From Tubiluchus corallicola (Eukaryota > Animalia > Priapulida), in contig JAQGDQ010000901.1 of the NCBI GenBank assembly GCA_030141605.1, forward strand, positions 1-64,000: a stretch of 64,000 nucleotides of DNA. Direction: 5' to 3'. Every line of letters starts with the position of its first letter. Positions within the stretch are counted from its first letter, which is position 1. Of the stretch, positions 12,980 to 21,900 are shown piece by piece. A program made the translations under genes and the position numbers. The notes beneath the pieces are model-generated. The model worked only from the letters and a program-made list of their open reading frames with translations. It was not told where the DNA came from and made no database searches.

Positions 12980-15900
12980 TCACAAGATTGTACAAGAACG
13001 ACCCTCTTCTCTTTCTGCACCTACAGGACACCCCCAACGAATCTGCGTCTCCCGAATGTAACTGTCGTACAGCCTGTCTTGTTCTTGGGCAGAGATCATC
13101 TGTTCATAGCGAGCAGGGACCTCAATAGCTGCAGCACAGTACAGTGAACATGCCCAGTGCTGGAACGGTACACAGGTATTGCCCAAGTAAGGATTCTTGA
13201 ACGTAATCACTTTGTAGCCTAAAGAACAACAATAATTTTAAAGAGTATGATAAAAACGTGCTCTTACCAGTCTGTGCTTGCAAAAAAGTATGCATCCATT
13301 GAAATTTTAGTCCAATTGCTACTTATGGTATTGGCCTGGTTTAAAGGTCAATTTAGCAATGTCAACTGATATTCAGCACTTGCAGCCTGTTAGTTTCAGT
13401 TAATTGTTATTGGCAAAATGTAAAAAACAAAATTGCAATTAAATTATAATTGGCCAACGCCATTTCTAAGCATTACTAAATATTTTAGTTTTATGTTAAA
13501 ACCTTGAAAAACTTATGTGATTAGGTGGTGCCTTGTTGATATTCCCAGGCATCTTGACATACAATACTGCAGTTTTTAAAAAATAAATTTTGGCTAGTCA
13601 TCATTAACAATATGAGACTCAAAATGCAAATGAATTTGATATTAAAGGATATTTTCACCTTTTTTGAAATTACTGCAACAAGGACCTGTCACCGAAAGGT
13701 AAGCTCATATTTAAATACTCACCTTTTTCGCCAAGAAGTTTCGCAGTTTCGCAATGAGCACATAAATTAAAAAAAGAATAGATCTCACACATATAATCTT
13801 TCAGCTTCTTTGGCACGCAAGGATTTCGAAAAAAGTTCACTTTCTTCGCGATGACGGCTTTTGCAGCCCAGAACTGTAACTTGAGCGGCTGCTCAGTACT
13901 TTCAGATTTTTTAACGGCAGGAATTGCTATAATTCTTTCATACACATCTGTATGGTACCACATAAACGTGGATTTAAAGTAGTTATGATTGCCGTGGCGA
14001 TGTACAGTCTTCAATGACTTCAGGTCCAACAGGAAACCAGGTAGTGCATCTAGTAAGTTATTGTCTAATAGGAGGACTTCTAGTTGCCGGCAGAAACACA
14101 AAGTATATGGTATAGATCTGTTCTCCAGCTTGTTACCAGTTAGTGCCAGGTAGATTAGATTATAAAGATTTCCGATATCTGGAGGGAGAACTTCTAGGTC
14201 ATTGTACTTTAGAGAAAGACATCGTACTGAATGGCATCTAAATATCTGCAAAAAAAGATGTCCAATTTAATACATAACTAGCACTCTTTAATTGTAACAA
14301 CAAGTCAACAACATGATGATTAATTTAGCCTTCAGCCATATATAAAAAACATAGATACGTACCTTGTGCTTTGATTACGTTTTGTTTAATTAGTATTTTT
14401 GCTATGTATAAGTAGTAATTACAAAATTATAAAAATAAATCATAAAGAAGCTTCACCTCTCTTGGTACAGACTCTGGACTAGAAGACCTGTCTCGCAACA
14501 CATTGTCTAAATGTAATTCTGTCAATTGGAATGTGTTAATGTAGCGATACAGGAAAGTCTCTGAAAATAAAATACATAGAATTAATGGTGGCAGCAAACA
14601 TAGAAAACCAAAGAACACAAATTACACAAAAAGTAATGAAATACATGTATGTCACAGCTAAGTAACGTTTTATAATGTTAAAATTTTACAAGTGAGCACT
14701 ACTAAAAACCTGTTTGTAAGTTCCATGTAAGGTCGTTGTAGTCACACACATGATCTAGCATGCATCAAAGAAAAAACACTTTTTTAACATACACTTAGGA
14801 ATATATTGCACATAAAATGTCTTGCTTAAAGGTGCAACAGAAATCTGAATTATCCTTATCTCTTTGACAAACAAGCCTCGTTGTTGCGGGCAAATTTGAA
14901 AAAAAATGAAGTAAGTTATTGGAGAGTGCGTAACAAAACTTTTGCAGTTCACTCAGAAATTTCGCTATTCTAGCAGATTAAATCTTTGTGTTTAACTGTG
15001 TTTATGTAAAAATCAGCCATGGGATGAATTAGAAACAGCTTCAAAGTGCTTACATAGCTTTAATCCGTAGGATTATACCTCAAAATGCATAATTACTATA
15101 CATACAGTCAAACATTGTTATAATGCCTCCCCCCTCCCCCCTATAATGCAACCTCGCTTAACACCCATCTGTGATGGACCAGACTAGGTCCACCCCTTGG
15201 CTAAAGTGTGTTCTTGCACATTACAAGCAACCACCTATGTACATTATATTATGCAATTTGTTCAATGATAAATGTTTTGTTCGATTGAAGAGGCCTAACT
15301 TAGTTTGATTTTGTATAAGGAAGCTACCTGCATTGTTTACTTTATTTTTTATGGCTGTTGTTGTAATAATGTACCAGGCACCCATGAACTATATCTGCCC
15401 CACATGTAACCTACATGTCAGTGTTATGCAGGTCATTTTGAAAGTGTGTTGGCTTCGGCCTTGTTTATTTTATTACAGGGGTGTTTTGCTTTCTCATTCA
15501 GCCTATATAGTGTTACAGTTACCTGTCTAAAGTATAAAACTACCTAGAATGTAGTGAACTGTTCCAGTAACAGGAAAATGTGCTTTTGATATTGAGAAGT
15601 GGGTAGAATGGTCTGGAAAATGAGAGCTGTTAAAATGTTGGGTTTATACCTTTGAGGACAAACTTAAAATTTATCTGTTGAAAATGGCTGAACTGGTGTT
15701 TTATTGTGAAAAAGCCTGGACAGTTGTAAATGGTGTAATACTATCCTAATGGACAATGTGTTGTAATGCAATTGAGTGGAGTAAAGACCAACTTTGAGCC
15801 TTCTACACAGTATAAGCAACCCAGCCCTTGTTGTCAGGGTGTGGAGGACCGGCACCTAGTACTGTCGAGCGTGGTATGCGATGTTTTGGAGATGGTATCC

Positions 15901-18900
15901 CTTCCATGGAGTACCCCAGTGATTGCCAATGGACTGACGTAGTGAGCGCTCACTCCAGAGATAAGTAACAGTTTACTTTTGAGCTCAATAGTGATTACTC
16001 AAATTGGTGATATCTTGTGCACAAACTCTTATGGACAGGGAAAACTACAGTTACTATTAGGTTACTGTTTGGTACCAAGAACTCGTGCTGTAATTCTTGA
16101 AATGGCCATCCTTAACTATTGTAATGTATTTTTTTCTTTTTCTCTTGATTCACTCATATTGTCTGTTAGTAGAATAAAAGCATTGAAATGTTAATTAGTC
16201 TTTTAGTAAGCTTTGTATTCTGAAACAGGTACACATAAACTACAAGGACAACTCCGCATTTCAAAAGCCTTAGTATTAGTCTCGCTACGTTACCAAAGTT
16301 AAGTGCGCTTCATACTCGTATTGCATAAGTTACTAATTACTATCACCCACGAGGAACGCCGTCATTACACTGGTGGCAGCGGTGGGATCCGATATTACTT
16401 ATGTGTACTTGCAACTGAACATTTATAAAGTATCATAGTAATTATTTTGCAGTTTTGTGGTAGACACGGTGTGTAAAACCCTTAATTATTTTTCACTGCA
16501 TTTTTTGGGGTTCAAAAATTTTATTGCACTATGCCTGATTAATTATGCTAGTAAAGTTTTTACTGGACAATATTTGCTACAACAGATAACAAGTAAACAC
16601 GAAGTTACTTCTCTACAGGAAATATTTTTGAGTGACTTACAGTCATATACACACGGAATTGTATTACACTTTATTATTTTGTACAAATAATACAGACAAC
16701 ATAAACGGGGGTAGTAAAGCACAATGGAATTTGTGGAGTTTACACAATTACAACTCCAGTCACTGGAATTAGAACAGTTACAGGGTATAGCCCGAGAACG
16801 GGGTATAAAGTGGGAAAGACGCAGTCATGAACAGCTGGTTACAGCCATAATGGGGTGGCAAAAAGTTTGCAACACTAAACCCAGTCAACCCAAGGTACCA
16901 GACGAAGACAAAATACTTCAAGCTCAAGGGGGAGGGCTTCATACTGAACATTCAGACAAAGAAGCTGCTAATGATTCTCTTAATGATGAAGAGGAACCAG
17001 CCCTTCAGCTTGCCCACTCACCCTTACCTTCTGAATATGATTTTGACCTCGGTCTAGGTCGACCCCCACCAGCTCCACCAGATTTTGTTCAGCCAGTTAG
17101 CCCAACAGTTAATACACAAGTTGGTGGATTGCCTAAGGTTGATGTTACTATGTATGCGGCTTTTGATGCTAACAAGTTGCAAATCATATTGGAGCACCAG
17201 CGCAAGCAAGAACGAGACAAACAGGAATATGAGTTGGAGTTACGGAAAATAGAAGCTGGAATGCAAGCTCCCTGGACATCAACACCAGCGCCGCAAGTGG
17301 GAACTACGAGTGATACAGCTGCAGCCCACAGAAACCTGCGTATAAAGTACTTTGGTGAAGATGCTGAATCTCCAGACCTAGCGGAATACTTTCGATACTT
17401 AGAAAGATGTCTGGTAGTCAATCGTATCCCCAAAGCAGACTGGCCTTGTGTAGTTGCCCGAGCTTTAGCAGGGAATGCTAGATCATTGCAGGCATACAAC
17501 TGTGTCCCACAAACTGACTTGCAAGATTATGACAGGATAAAGAGTCGTGTCTTGTCCTTCTTTTCGCTTACACCAGACAGTTACAGGCAGACTTTCCGTA
17601 AGCTGACTAGAAAACCAGATGAGTGTTATCGCGCCTATTTTACAAGAGTGCGAAATGCTGGAGATTTGTGGCTAGAAGCGGCTAATGTCCAAACTTTTGA
17701 ACAAGTTAAAGAATTGTTCTACTTGGAACAAGCCCTAACTGGAGTACCCAATGATATTGCCAAATGGGTAAAGAGGAATAACTGGAACAATTTTGATGAA
17801 GTAGCTGAGAAATGTGACAGGTATAAGTGCTCGGAAGGGGGGAGACTTGAAATTAACCCTCAGCAGGACAGCAGAGGACATAGCAATTTCAAGAAATTTC
17901 CACCCAGAGACTCTAAAGGCGCCACAGCTAAGCAGCCAGTTCCAAACCAAGAAGCCAGGATTTCTTCTTGGAAATGTTTCAATTGTGGTGGATTAGGACA
18001 CATGGCCAGTAGGTGTCCATCATCCAGGCAAACGGCAAAACCACTAGAAGCAAAACGAGGAAACAAACTCCAGTTAGCGTCGACAAAGCAGAAAGACTGC
18101 ATTGATGTTTCACAGACTAGTGATGAAGCATTTTGTTTTCCAGCCATGGTAAATGGTCACAAGGTAATAGTACAACGTGACACTGCAGCAAATGTGAACT
18201 GCATACATCGAAGATTCGTACGAGCAAACCAATTTTTGCCTGATCGTACAGAACAGATTCTATGTGGGCATGGCGACCGTCGTACATGTAGAGTAGCAAG
18301 GCTGCCAATTGAGTGCGAACTTGTTAAAGGTGAGCTAGAGTTTGTAGTCCAGAACAAGCTTCCGTCTGAGTGCTTACTTGGTAACAATTTTAAATCCACT
18401 TGGCAGCCTTCTAAAAAACTTGGTCCAAAACACAGCGTTCATAGAGGCCAAAAGTTTGGGAAGAAACAACCTTTTCGAACAGACAGTAGCAGATTTAAAA
18501 ATTGTTCAGGAAAGTCCCAGCAGATAGAAGACCGTCACGGTGAGCAGAAAGATGTAGAGGATGATGAACACTCGAGTGAGTCTCAGGTGGTTAACCAGAA
18601 AGGGGTGTCCCATCCATTCTCAACACCAGCTCTGCAAGTCATGACTCGGTCACAAGCAAAGCAATTCAATGAAGAGTTAGAACGAGAGGAAATAGAGCGG
18701 CAGGAAGATGAAGACCATGAGATTCCTGCCCTGGTGAATGAGCAAGAAGAGGATAATTCTCACCAAGGCCAGTCACGAGAAGCACTTATCCAGGACCTAA
18801 ACAATTGCATTACCTTAAAACACCTGTACGACAACGTGATATCGGAGAAACAGGCTAAAAGTCTGGGTAAAGGATATTTTATCAGAGATAGCCTACTCTT

Positions 18901-21900
18901 TCTACATTTGAAAAGAGCAAAAGACGTTGATGGTAAAGATTTGATTGTCTTACCCAAAAAACGTAGACTTGAGGTCCTTCAGCATGCTCATGACAACAAG
19001 TTAGCTGCACATTTTGGGATACAGAAGACAACAGAGAAGATTTTGCGTGAATTTTACTGGCCACATATTCATAGCGATATTCGAAGATTTGTACGCAGCT
19101 GCCCAGTCTGTCAAAAATGCAGTAGACGAAAAGCAAGCGATCGTGCTAAGTTGCAACCTATTACAGTCAACGAATTACCATTTCAGAAGATTTGCATGGA
19201 CTTTGTTGGTCCACTTCCACGAACGAAATCAGGTAACCGATATGCTCTGGTTGTTACAGATTTTAGCACACGGTATCCTGAAGTATACCCCACCAGGACT
19301 CAAACGGCCGAAGACACAGTCAAGGCACTTCTGCGCTACATTGCTTCATACGGAGCCCCGACTGAAATCGTTTCAGATCAAGGCCCCGCGTTTATCTCAC
19401 AAATATTACAGGATCTTGAGTCAGTCCTGGGAATAAAAGGAATTTATGCCACTGCATATCACCCGCAAACCTCTGGCCTAACGGAGAGATTTAATCAGAC
19501 CCTGAAGTCATCGATCAGAAAGCTTCAGCTAACTGAGGGAGATTGGGAGTGGGACGAATTAATTCCTTTAGTCTTGTTTGCATATCGAGACTGCCCACAG
19601 AGTTCAACGTCGTACTCACCATATGAACTTGTTTACGGTTTCCCAATCAGAGGGCCGCTTACTATACTGCGAGAAAAATACAATGTACCGCGTCCAAAGC
19701 AATTGACAGAAGTCAATACTTTTGTGGAGGAACTTATGCATAAGATGGAAGAAGTCACAAACGACGCACATGCCGCATTGCATGAAGCCCAGCTGTCGCA
19801 GAAAAAATGGTATGATGAAAGGGCAAGTGAACGCAGGCTAGAAGTAGGTAGCAAAGTTTTAGTACTGCTGCCGAAGAGCGCCAAGAAACTGAACCGCATT
19901 TGGAAAGGCCCTTACCAAATCTTAGAAAGGGTCTCTGACCAGGTTTACAAAATTGCTTTCCGAGGGAAGAAAAATCGTGAGCGTAACTTCCACATTAACT
20001 TAATGCGACCTTGGATCGAGCGCGATGAGGCTCAGGCATTGTTGACATTTGCCACTCCAGACAAAGCCGCTGAGGTCTATGAGGAAGGAGTAACGGAAGT
20101 CCAAGATCACATGTTTCCTCCCTCTGCAACCCAAACTCAGAGCATACGGGACATAGATATATCTGAAAGTTTGACCAACAAACAAAAGGAACAGCTAATA
20201 AAAACATTACATGATCATGCAGACATTTTCACAGATTTACCAGGATGTACAGATTTAATAGAACATGAAATACTGGTTCCAAAAGATGCTAAGCCCATTC
20301 ATCAACCACCTTATCGTGTCCCTCAGGCACAAGAAGCACAAATTCGTAAAGAGATTTCCGAGATGGAGAAACTTGGGGTAATAAGAAAATCAAACTCAAG
20401 CTTCAGCAGCCCCGCTGTAATTGTTTTAAAGCCTGATGGCACTATACGTTTTTGCATTAATTATATTAAAGTTAACGAACTGACAACTTTTGATCCGTAC
20501 CCCATACCAAATATGCAGGAGATGCTCAGTAGCTGCCATGGTGCCAAGTATATATCCAAACTGGATCTTACAAAAGGTTACTGGCAGATCCCCCTACATC
20601 CAGATTCGATAAAACGGTCAGCTTTCTCCTTGCCATGGGGGCAATGGGAATTCCTAGTTATGCCTTTTGGGCTCGTCAATGCAGCTGCAACCTGCCAGAA
20701 ACTGATGGACAAGGTTCTCGACGGAATTCCTAATTATGCCAGAGGGTATATAGATGATACAATCATATGGAGTACACACTACTCAGAACATATTAGTCAT
20801 CTTAATGAGGTACTGTCCCGCTTTGGCAATGCCAAGTTGACATTGAAGCCGAAGAAATGTACTTTTGCGTGTCAACAAATAGACTTCTTGGGACACCGGC
20901 TAGGCAATGACATGTTAAGGCCTCAACCAGATAAACTAGAAAGAATCAAGCATTTTCCGCATCCTATAACCAAGAAAAATGTTCGAAGTTTTCTTGGATT
21001 TGTAGGCTTTTATAGGAACTTTGTTCCAAACTTCAGCAGCATTGCTATGCCATTATTTGAGTTGACCAAGAAACACCTGCCAAACGAAGTAGCCTGGAAT
21101 AAACAAGCAGAAGAAGCATTTGTCCAGTTAAGAGCGGCAATAACTTCAGATTCCTTCTTGATGGCTCCAGATTTTAGCCGAGAATTTATACTCAGCACCG
21201 ATGCCTCCAATGTGGGCTTAGGTGGCGTACTTTCTCAGATTAATTCAGAGGGCAGGGAGCAAGTAGTGAGCTACATCAGTCGAAAGCTCACAAAACCCGA
21301 GCAAAACTATGCCACAGTGGAACTGGAGCTTCTGGCTATTCTTTGGGCTGTGCAGAAACTAAACTACTACTTGATGGGAAGACCTTTCACTATCAGGAGT
21401 GATCATCAATGTTTAACATGGCTCCAAAGAATGAAAAATAAAAACAGAAAACTGGCTAGATGGTCACTCATATTACAAGAATACACATTCAAAGTCGAAT
21501 ACATAAAAGGTGCCCAGAATGTTGCAGATGGTCTGTCTAGAAATTCAAATGAAAATCATAAGAAATGAACGGGCACTAATTAACAGAAACAGAAGATTAC
21601 TTGACATTTTCAGTTTTTTTTGTTTTTGTACGAAACTTTTGAATTTTGAAGTTGGTAGAACCAATATCATTTTGAGAGGTTCAAAGCTTTTTTTCCTATT
21701 CTAAGTGATGAGTAGAAAGCTGTCAGACTTTCTTTTGGTACAAACTATCATGCACGTTTCAACTGGCAAAGAGTTGTTTATGCCACTTTTTTAAGTTAAA
21801 GACGAGCACTAAGGTCTGGCCTGTCAGGTCTGATTTTCGAAGACTAGTATTTCATGGAAACATTAGTCTAAAATTTGGGGGGCTATGTGATGGACCAGAC

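Noticed and set aside
15333-15855. Identical small ORFs repeated at 22049-22571
   Set aside because: They are by-products of LTR duplication with no recognisable domain; not evidence for env or accessory genes.
17089-21210. Short antisense and alternate-frame ORFs inside gag-pol
   Set aside because: Shadow ORFs of a long coding region, with no motifs.
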